DNA of 64,000 nt, taken from Antedon mediterranea (lineage: Eukaryota > Animalia > Echinodermata). The notes under the pieces were generated by a model, which made no database searches, had not been told where the DNA came from, and worked only from the letters and a program-made list of their open reading frames with translations. A program made the position numbers and the translations under genes. Location of the stretch: contig NC_092672.1 of NCBI RefSeq assembly GCF_964355755.1, positions 22,829,237 to 22,893,236 of the forward strand, written 5' to 3'. Every line of letters begins with the position of its first letter. Position 1 is the stretch's first letter. Below are positions 46,501-58,500 of this stretch, piece after piece.

Positions 46501-49500
46501 ACAGTCCTGGTAGGGGTCTGGTATCACAGTGTATAAAACATACATAGTAATACACATCATGTCAAGTTAGTTCCCGCAACATAGGAACCACAGTCCTGGT
46601 AGGGGTCTGGTATCACAGTGTATAAAACATACATAGTAATACACATGTCAAGTTAGTTCTCACAACATAGGAACCACAGTCCTGGTAGGGGTCTGGTATC
46701 ACAGTGTATAAGACATACATAGCAATACACATCATGTCAAGTTAGTTCCCGCAACATAGGAACCACAGTCCTGGTAAGGGTCTGGTATCACAGTGTATAA
46801 GACATACATAGCAATACACATCATGTCAAGTTAGTTCCCGCAACATAGGAACCACAGTCCTGGTAGGGGTCTGGTATCACAGTGTAAAAAACATACATAT
46901 CAATACACATCATGTCAAATTAGTTCCCACAACATAGGAACCACAGTCCTGGTAAGGGTCTGGTATCACAGTGTAAAAAACATACATAGTAATACACATG
47001 TCAAGTTAGTTTCCGCAACATAGGAACCACAGTCCTGGTAAGGGTCTGGTATCACAGTGTATAAAACATACATAGCAATACACATCATGTCATGTTAGTT
47101 CCCGCAACATGGGAACCACAGTCCTGGTAAGGGTCTGGTATCACAGTGTATAAAACATACATAGCAATACACATCATGTCAAGTTAGTTCCCGCAACATA
47201 GGAACCACAGTCCTGGTAGGGGTCTGGTATCACAGTGTAAAAAACATACATAGTAATACACATGTCAAGTTAGTTCCCGCAACATAGGAACCACAGTCCT
47301 GGTAGGGGTCTGGTATCACAGTGTAAAAAACATACATAGTAATACACATCATGTCAAGTTAGTTCCTGCAACATAGGAACCACAGTCCTGGTAGGGGTCT
47401 GGTATCACAGTGTAAAAAACATACATAGCAATACACATCATGTCAAGTTAGTTCTCACAACATAGGAACCACAGTCCTGGTAGGGGTCTTGTATCACAGT
47501 GTAAAAAACATACATAGTAATACACATCATGTCAAGTTAGTTCCTGCAACATAGGAACCACAGTCCTGGTAGGGGTCTGGTATCACAGTGTAAAAAACAT
47601 ACATAGCAATACACATCATGTCAAGTTAGTTCTCACAACATAGGAACCACAGTCCTGGTAGGGGTCTGGTATCACAGTGTAAAAAACATACATAGCAATA
47701 CACATCATGTCAAGTTAGTTCTCACAACATAGGAACCACAGTCCTGGTAGGGGTCTTGTATCACAGTGTAAAAAACATACATAGTAATACACATCATGTC
47801 AAGTTAGTTCCTGCAACATAGGAACCACAGTCCTGGTAGGGGTCTGGTATCACAGTGTAAACAACATACATAGCAATACACATGTCAAGTTAGTTCCCGC
47901 AACATAGGAACCACAGTCCTGGTAAGGGTCTGGTATCACAGTGTAAAAAACATACATAGCAATACACATCATGTCAAGTTAGTTCCCACAACATAGGAAC
48001 CACAGTCCTGGTAGGGGTCTGGTATCACAGTGTAAAAAACATACATAGCAATACACATCATGTCAAGTTAGTTCCCACAACATAGGAACCACAGTCCTGG
48101 TAGGGGTCTGTTATCACAGTGTATAAAACATACATAGTAATACACATGTCAAGTTAGTTCCCACAACATAGGAACCACAGTCCTGGTAGGGGTCTGGTAT
48201 CACAGTGTATAAAACATACATAGCAATACACATCATGTCAAGTTAGTTCCTGCAACATAGTGGAGTGGAGTGGAGCTGTGGCTTGGTGGTTATGATGCTT
48301 GGCTACCAATCTAAGGGTCCTGGGTTCAAGTCCTGTCATATGTCAGGGTTTTTTTCTCATGACAATTTACAACTCCACTCCCAAAGACTTAATAATAAGT
48401 CTTTGTCTATGTAGAGCATCTTGTGTATATGTTTGTCTTATATGTTCTAGTGCAGTATATGGAGAGCCATCTCGATAGTGCTTTGCACTCATGGCAATCC
48501 TCAGGGTGCTGCACCGCTGTGTTGTCATGTATGTTTGCCTGAAAATTAAATAAAATAAAATAAAATAAAAAATAAAATAAAATAGGAACCACAGTCCTGG
48601 TAGGGGTCTGGTATTACAGTGTATAAAACATACATAGCAATACACATCATGTCAAGTTAGTTCCCGCAACATAGGAACCACAGTCCTGGTAAGGGTCTGG
48701 TATCACAGTGTAAAAAACATACATAGCAATACACATCATGTCAAGTTAGTTCCCACAACATAGGAACCACAGTCCTGGTAGGGGTCTGGTATCACAGTGT
48801 AAAAAACATACATAGCAATACACATCATGTCAAGTTAGTTCCCGCAACATAGGAACCACAGTCCTGGTAAGGGTCTGGTATCACAGTGTAAAAAACATAC
48901 ATAGCAATACACATCATGTCAAGTTAGTTCCCACAACATAGGAACCACAGTCCTGGTAGGGGTCTGGTATCACAGTGTAAAAAACATACATAGCAATACA
49001 CATCGTGTCAAGTTAGTTCCCGCAACATAGGAACCACAGTCCTGGTAGGGGTCTGGTATCACAGTGTAAAAAACATACATAGCAATACACATGTCAAGTT
49101 AGTTCCTGCAACATAGGAACCACAGTCCTAGTAAGGGTCTGGTATTACAGTGTATAAAACATACATAGCAATACACATCATGTCAAGTTAGTTCCTGCAA
49201 CATAGGAACCACAGTCCTGGTAGGGGTCTGGTATCACAGTGTAAACAACATACATAGCAATACACATGTCAAGTTAGTTCCCACAACATAGGAACCACAG
49301 TCCTGGTAGGGGTCTGGTATCACAGTGTAAAAAACATACATAGTAATACACATGTCAAGTTAGTTCCCACAACATAGGAACCACAGTCCTGGTAGGGGTC
49401 TGGTATCACAGTGTAAAAAACATACATAGCAATACACATGTCAAGTTAGTTCCTGCAACATAGGAACCACAGTCCTGGTAAGGGTCTGGTATCACAGTGT

Positions 49501-52500
49501 AAAAAACATACATAGCAATACACATCATGTCAACTTAGTTCCTGCAACATAGGAACCACAGTCCTGGTAAGGGTCTGGTATCACAGTGTATAAAACATAC
49601 ATAGCAATACACATCATGTCAAGTTAGTTCCCGCAACATAGGAACCACAGTCCTGGTAGGGGTCTGGTATCACAATGTAAAAATGGTGAAAGTTTATTTT
49701 ACAGTCTGCATTAATCTGCATGTTTGACTTGATGAGGCATGAACAAAAGTGCTCAGAACAAAAGTGCTCAGAACAAAAGCAGAGCAAAATAGATAAATAA
49801 ATGACTATTTATTTGCGCCCTAGATTGCTTCATAAAAATGATAAAAAGAAGAGCTATTTTATCACCTTGATGAAACAGTACAGTATGTAGTGTGCAAATA
49901 GAATGTTGAAGTTTTTACTTGAGTCATTAAACTTTATCTATATACAATATTGTAATATTATATTTTAATTAACCATGAAAACATAATCCTTGTTAATTTC
50001 CAGTTTTTCCTGACAAATACAGTATCATACTGTGTTGCTTTCAATGTCATGGACAACTTGGATGAGCCAGCTAAACCACGGTATTCAAAAATAGTAGGTT
50101 AAACTTTAGTACTTTAGACAATCTTGTGAACTACAAATGCTATGATTTAATAATGTAATTTAATTTCAATATTAGTTTAAAAATATATTGTCATTGTCAT
50201 TTTAGGGTCAGCTAGGAATGACTAATTTGGACATGAATTTCTTCTGGATAAGGTCCATTTATGAACATACTGTGTCACAACATGGTTCAGGAAACACTAT
50301 TTCAATTGATGGCAAGAACATAGAGTCACCTCCCATCTGTTTGGTTGCAACTCATGTGGACAAATTATCAGGGACAGCATCAGAAAAAGAGGAGGAGGTA
50401 AATACTATATAAATATGTAGACATATGCTTAGTTGCATGTATAGTTACCCATGTTCCATTTTTACTGTAACTGAGTGAAACTGAAAAGTTTTAAACGTGT
50501 CACACGTGTGGTATGGGTAACGGCGACCAGTCGCGATTGGTTTGTATATACTGGTTCCTATACAACTATGACTTGCGTTGTGCGTGTAGTAAGGTAAATT
50601 AATAGGCTCTTTAGAATTAATATTTTGCCTACAAAAGGGTTGACTGTATTTAACAACCCATCAGTACAATTAGAACAAAAAAGCAGTTTGAGGTCGAATG
50701 TACATGTTTATATACAATCAAATATTTGTCATTTTGAATTACAGTATGAATCAAATAAAACAGCCTGTAACAGTTATGGAAGATTGTATACATTAGGTTG
50801 TGACATATTGTCTTGTAAACCACGGATCATGATGATCACTGAGATCACGCAGATTGATCTCGCTGATCATGTGAGTATTCTCAGTGGATATATCATTGTC
50901 AACACTTAGCTTGAAAATATGCCTGGAGGCGCAAACAAAATCCAAGATGGCGACAAAAATCCAAAATGACCATTTGATTTAAATTGTATTTATAATGCCT
51001 ATTAAATGCTCTTTCCGAAAATTTTTGATTGGGTATGTCATCTTCAGAATGTATTTTGTAATTTAACATATGACTTCTAAGTCCAAGATGGCCGTCAAAA
51101 TTCAAAATCGCTTCAAATTGATCTAAATTGTATTTATAAAAAATGTCCATTTTAAACTTGTTTGTTTTTTTTAATTTACCACTCATTGAATACAAAGTAA
51201 AAATATTAAATGAAATATACTATATAGATAATACAGTATATCAGCGTGATCAGTAATCATTGTGATGAGTTATCAGCGATAACAGCAATATGAATGTATT
51301 TATTAATTGAAGGTTATGAAGATGTACAAGAAAATGTTTGATAAAATGGAAGGAATGCCATATGCTCACCATGTAGATCGTGAAATGTACATGGTTGATA
51401 ACACCATGAAATCACCTGAAGGTATTACAAAACTTAAGCGAAACGTTGGTAGATACATGAAGGAAATGGTGAGAGAAGTTCCAGTAAAGTGGGTTAATTT
51501 ACAGGAAAGTTTGCAAAGAATTGGTGAAACAAAATTGTGTATTACGTTTGAGGAGGTAAAGTTTTGATTGTGGATTCCAATGTAATTATATAATAATATT
51601 ATTTATTGTTACTTTGTTTTATTCCTACAGACACTAGTAATATTTATAGTCCTGGCGGCGTATTTTTTTTTCAGGACGAATGTGGGCAGAAATCATAAAT
51701 AATTCATATACTAATAATAATTCTATAAAGAATTGCAAGATAGCTGATCTACTTCCTAAATATACTAAACCTAACCCTCTAAATAATCTCTCTCAACTAT
51801 TAAAAAAACAATAACATAATAAGCCACGCCCATTTATGTAAATTGCCCACGTTCGTCCTGAAAAAAAAAATTACGCGTCCTGGCCTATCATTGAATTTTC
51901 CATTAGATTTTCTCCAGGCTCTACAAGTAATGTACTGAGTTAAGTTATTTATTTAAATTAAATTCTGTATTAGGTTTCCAGGCTTGGCACTAAATGTGAA
52001 ATATCCAAAGAGAGTCTCGTCACTGCCATAGAGTATATGAATGACATTGGGATCATTTTGCATTCGAGTTCTAACAAAAAACTGAAGAACACTGTGATAA
52101 CAGATCTTCAAATGATGATTCAAATGGTGACAAAAGTGATCACAGTAGTTAAACCGTCTATTAAAGTGGTAGGTAGATAATGTATTTTATTATGATATTA
52201 AATTGTCAAAAATGTGGATGTATAGGTGATGTTAATAATCTGTTCTTAGTAACTTGATGTGAAACAGTATAATTGTATTGATCATGTGACTGTACTGTAT
52301 AAAGTAAGAATAAACTGTTTTTTTAAATATAGAAGCAAATAAGGGTGCTGTGGAAAAGGCTTGATGAGGAAGGAATACTGGAGGAAAGACTGCTACGGTA
52401 TTTATGGAAACATGAATTAGAGGAAGATCCACATCGCTTTGAAATCTTTACTGAAGTGATGAAGACATTTGGTTTGCTCTTTGAGAAATCAGAGGTAAGT

Positions 52501-55500
52501 TAAAAATCTTATTTTAGATTGGCTGTCACTTAAATTAGCTTAAATGTTATACTTGTAATATTTTATTTTACAACACTTTTTCTTTTTATTTTTTTATTTT
52601 ATTTCATCTTCTTCCAACAGCGACCAAAGTCGCCCATAACAGGATTGAATCAATAAATATAATTTATATAGATAATTAATTAAACAACACAATTAGCTAA
52701 AATTACAGGTATTTCAATACCAAAGCAAATTATCATAAAGAAAGTAATTAAATAGATGTAATAGCAACAGTAATGTTACAACGAAAACAATAAATAGTAT
52801 CACAAAAAATATCAATAAACAGATTACAATAGCAAATAGAATTAAATAATCTAGGAAGACGACAGATCCAACAATCCCTAGTTACATTAACCCTTCCCTA
52901 TGGAACAAAAAATAACCCAGGATTTCTTAATCTATAAACAGGAACGGAAAGTTTAAAGTAAGAAATGAAGTTACCATCAACAACAGAGTTCATACATTTA
53001 TACAAGAAAATTAAATCAAATATATTCCTTCTATCTTTAAGTAAAGTTAACTCAGGATTTTGACCAAATTTACGGAAATAAAATCTACAAAACTTATTTT
53101 GAACACGTTGTAACTTAATAGACTGAGAAGAAGAAATTGAATTAAAAATAACAGAGCAAAACTCAAGATTAGACGGAACTAAAGATTTATACATAATAAT
53201 CAATGCCTTACTATCATTGATATGTCTGCAAATTGTAGAAACTTTGCTTACATCTGCAGGTAACTGAAGGTAACCAGGTATTCTTGGTTCCATCTCGAAT
53301 GAAAACCAAGAAAGAGAGTCTTAAAGTTGAAATGGACAAGAAAAATATGGTATCGATCTATCTTACACCTACTGACTTTCTTCCCAATGCTGTATACAAT
53401 ACATTGATTGTTGCATTTCTTGATTTGATGGAGGTCAAAGGTAGACCTGGTGAACCAGTTGTGTTTCAAAATCGCAGTGAATTTGACTTTTGGGATCATG
53501 GAGTCAATCTAGGCACAGTGAAAATTGAAAACAAGCATGCATTAAAGGTTTGGAAATTAATTTATTTATTTAATGTTTCAAAATAAATATATTTAAAGGA
53601 AAAATTGTAGAAATCTATATATCAAGTGATCTTGTGGTGGTTGCCACTTTATGGTATTAAAATGTTTATGATTAAATGTGACTGACAAAAAGTAAAATTC
53701 CATTGGTACTGTTTTGCATTTATTGTTTAACTAATTTTACAGAAAAACTTTTCTCATCAGCTTGAAATATGTCATCTGATTGAAGTTGATAACAATGCTA
53801 CAGAGGTAGGCCCAAAAAAGGAGCCGCAGCTAAGCTTCTGCATAGAGGTAAGAAAGGATATGATTTTTAATAGTTTCAGCCACTTCAACTGTTTTTAATC
53901 AATTTTTTTAGCTCTTGCTCACACAAATCCATTGAAAACATTTTAGTGGTGGGATTTCCCCCATAATTATGGCCAGTTTCACCAGAAATTTTAAATATGT
54001 AATCATACCCCTGGGTAAGGATGATTTGTCATTCTGTGTAATAATAAAAACAAATGTTTATGATCTTCATTTTTTTAAATTTGTTTTGTAGGTGTTGAAG
54101 TATCTAAAACATCAACTAGAAACCGTGCTTGTCACTAGTGAAGAAGTTGGCTACAATCTATGTGTGTTGTGTACTGCTTGTTATCCAGCAGAGAAGCCTC
54201 ATTTACATGATCTCAAACGATGCTTGGAACAAGGTATCAATGGTGTTAAATGTGGCAATAAACTCATGAATACCACTCGTTTAAAGCACCTATTTTTAGA
54301 AGGTTAGTTAAAAGTATATATATATATATATAAACACAACAGGCATAGAAATAAATTCCAAACCGCCCGGTGATACACGGAAAATTATTTAATTAATTTT
54401 TGAAACGATAAAGATGAGGAAATCTGGGAGAATGAGAAAAAGTCGCCCCAACCGAAACTCGAACTCGGACCGTCTGCTTGATATGCAGTTGCTCTAACCA
54501 TTAGACCACTGAGGCTTTCATGGTATTGTTTTTTAACTCGATCGGACAACGACCCTTTAACATTCTCGGCGTGGTACGGTTGGAACACAACTAGTCCTCA
54601 GTTGTACGCACGCGCACCAGAGATATATATATATTTTTCATTATTATTTCATTTCCAAAAACACAATCAATAGGCCACCAGGTTCTCAACATTTATCATT
54701 GTTTGAATAACAAAAATTATGAAGGAGTTTGATAATTAATTATTTAAAACCTACTGTAATAGCAATTTATTTATTCGGTATGTAAAACAAAACGACAGTG
54801 AAGGACTGAAATGAATTGTATTACAAATAAATAAAAATTAGTTAAAATTGCTATAAAAATAGAAACATCTTATTAAAATTAGATATCGTACCATAACATT
54901 ATAAAACATACATGAATAAAAAACCTTAAAACATTCACTTATTACATATCTAAAAAAGAGCTAGTGGTGCCTATTAATTAAATCCACCATGGTGGGAACT
55001 GGAGACGACCTAAGTCTGCTGGTTTTACAATGAGGTACTTCTAGAAAGCGGTTGAATCTGAGAGACCGAGCTGGCTTATGAAGAGGGGGAAGTATTTCTC
55101 TAAACAGCTCGGATTTTAATAAGCCTTCCCCGAAAGACAACACCAGTTTGTTTCTTCTCTCAACAAGAGTAGGTAAACCAGTACCAAACAATGCATGATC
55201 ATAGCACAAATAGTTGTTACCTAGCATGATTCGCAATGCTCTCTTTTGTACCTTTTCAATAGACTTGGACATATCCTTAGTGATAGCGCCATGCCAAACA
55301 TGGACATGATGATGTCATATCACTACCATATTTAAGCATATCACCACCATACTTATCACCACCATACAGTATTGGGCCCTTCACACGTTTTTTTTTCAAA
55401 CTAACAGAGCTTTAAACAAAAATGAAAAAAAAAACAAAACAATCAAGCAACATATCATAAAAATCATGAGTAGTTACACGACAGATTTAATAATCCTACA

Positions 55501-58500
55501 TTTTTCCATTTTAGGTTATATGCATGCATATTATTATTTTCAAAAGCAATATATTTTTCTATTTCTATATTTCCTTTAACAATTTGACGTTTTTAAATTT
55601 CTACGTTTTTTAGATTTAATTTAAGGTCACAAACTACATTAATGTAACAATAAATACTATATGGTCTTATTGAGATAACTTCTTTCACCTTTAAATGGTT
55701 TAAAATGTGAAAAATAAGGCGATTCTAATAATTTGAGGGGCCCGCTATAAACCCAACATGCAGATTGATATTTATGTTTTTTTCTGTAATTCCCCCACTT
55801 TTCGATCGATCGTGAGGACAAAACAAGTAGAAGACTTTTCAACGAAAATACTGCGGTTTCCCCCAATTTGTATCAACAGAGTCTGTCAAAAACATAAAGA
55901 TAATTAATGCAGCAACTATACAACGTCAGACTAGGCCTATAGCTCACGTACGATGTTGGTACGTTACCGATGTTTACCAGCTAGACATACAAAACTAAGC
56001 CTAGCTAGGCTAGGCCTAAACCCCCTAAATACGGCCAACGACAGGACATTCACCGCGATCTACTTAGGTAGTGCATTGTTTCTCTCTTTTTATCATAATT
56101 TACCATAAAAAACGTACATTTAAGACAAGGAATGACCTGGTTTAATGTTTTTAAAGTAATATATATATACATTATTTTTACAAAACGTCACAAATTGTAG
56201 TGAATGGGTCTTTTATTTATTCAATTTCAATTTCCAGGTATACAGACAACAACATTAACAAACGAAGTGTGGATGGAGTACCCTGTGGATTGCCAACAGT
56301 GCAAGCACTATCAAAGTGGCTCTCCAATACTCCAAACCACATACATAAATCACATAAAAATTGAAGACACACATAAACTTTAAAATATATAAAATACAGA
56401 TCAAAAGATTATAAAAATGAAAACTACAATATGACATAAATAGCAAAAATTCAAAACAAAAAAGGCAAAAACAAATTGAGCAATCAACAATTATAAGAAA
56501 CTAGATGCTACGCTCGCTTCTAGTTCGTGCCCACAGATGGTTCTCGAATACATAGTAATTTTAGCGTTAAAAAAACTGGCGACTTCAAATGTACGTACCG
56601 CAGGACAATAATACATTTCGTTTACAGGAACGAATAAATAGACACTGTGATTTATGTACTCAACTAAAATTAGCACCCTGGGAATTACTTCCGAAAAAGA
56701 AACTTGTCACAAAATAAGAAACAAACTGAATTTGTGTTTTGTATGTAACATTAGGGTTGAGGGATGGGGAAGAGGATGGGTGCAAAGACGAACAATTTTT
56801 AAATATATTCTTTATCGATTTAGTAACGAAATATGAATTGGTTTCATGTTTACCACTAAACACAGTAAAACATTGCGATGTAATACTTTGTTGAAACTAT
56901 CACCGTCCTAGTCGATTGAAATAGTACATTACATGTAACGATACATCACTAATACAATGTTTATATTTTGTTGTAGTTACATTATTAATTAATACAAACG
57001 TTCAGAAGGAACTCTCAGTAATAAAGTAAACACCTCTATTCGGGGCAAATCGTAAATTCGCTTTAATCGTCAATAAATAATTATCTAACTCAACTTAATT
57101 AGTAGGCCTAATGGTCAATTGTTTCTTAGAGCAAATTCATACTTAAGTTGTTTCCTAACCACCAAAGTTGTTCTGCGTTTAGGGCATGTGATCCTTCGTA
57201 CTGTAGGCCTGTCCTCTACTGGATTTACAACGCTACCCATGCCAGTGAGGGGAGGGTGGTGGTGTTGGTGGTGGTTTAGCTGCAATAATAAAGTTGATTG
57301 TACATAATAGACGGCGACTGGAAAGGCTAGCTGATTATGCGTTAAAAAATAAGATTCCACAGATTGGAAAAAAATGTATCGAATTTCTGTTATGACTGTA
57401 CTTGTCTTTACGACGCCTGAGGGAATAGACACTTGTGGAAAAGAGATTGGAATGTTCCATTTATCGCAGATCAAAACATTTGTATAAACGTATATTAAAT
57501 CTATCAAAATAGTATTTTTTAAAGAAAATCGGCCTGTCTTCAACATTATGATGCTGTACTCGAGCTGTTCAACCGGTTTTCAGCTATTAAAAACAGTTAT
57601 CGTAGGAGGAGATAGGAAAATGCGAAGCATCCTCGCATTATGGTCTGCGGGTATTTTTCAAGTTGGACATCCATTAGACAGTGCATACCACGACCACGAA
57701 ACACCCTCATTTGGGGCAAATCGTTGAACCTAAATTCGTTTTAATTGTCAATAACTAATTATTTAACTCAATTTAATTAGTAAACATGGTTACATCAGAT
57801 GGTTAAAATCAGTACCGAAAGTACGAACCAACTTTATATACCATCGAGTAAAAATTCCAGAAATAAACCGCGATTTATCTAATTTTGCCCTTACGTAAAT
57901 TTATATATAGATAATTGTAATTACACAAAGAAATGCACAATTTAAAGTTCAGTAATAGTTGAATGAAGAGAATTTTTAAATTGGCTGAAGCTAAATAATA
58001 ATCGGTCTTTGATGGGGTCAGGGATATTTTGCCAAATACGTGGAAACTGATTGAATAATGAGAATTTTAGACAATTGGTTCTTGCAAATTTGTGTTTAAA
58101 AATAACTTTTTCAGGGTGTCTAGGGTTAAAATCAATATAATTGTGAATTTCAAAATCAATATGACCATAAAAACACTTAACTACAAAATAATACTGAGAT
58201 ACTTTAATCTCTGGTCAATCGAAGGCAACTTTAACCTAAGTAATCGCTCCTCGTAACCACCAGGAACACATAACTTGGTGACTCAACGAAGGGATTTATT
58301 AATAGCAGTGGGTCTTCTGAAATGTTACAGTTGAATATAAATCTTTTAGCTATCACAATTAGTGTATTTAATCGAAACTCATGTTACATTTTCACATACC
58401 AAAACATATATTGGTCCATTGGGTCTGAGAGCTCCAAATTAAAAAATTATATGTTCCTCTAGTCGTCTATGGTCACGTTCGGGATTTTGGATTTACTTTT

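Noticed and set aside
48270-48345. Functional tRNA gene
   Set aside because: A and B boxes are present but the acceptor stem is poor, and it continues into a LINE-type tail with A-rich repeats, so it is a SINE head.
44941-49682. CRISPR-like array
   Set aside because: Units are contiguous near-identical 89-mers with no unique spacers, there are no cas genes, and the context is a eukaryotic intron.
56238-56382. Possible alternative terminal exon (tttccag|GIQTTT...)
   Set aside because: It is the antisense of a LINE 3' tail; the acceptor-like sequence comes from the A-rich tail. Exonisation cannot be excluded without RNA data.
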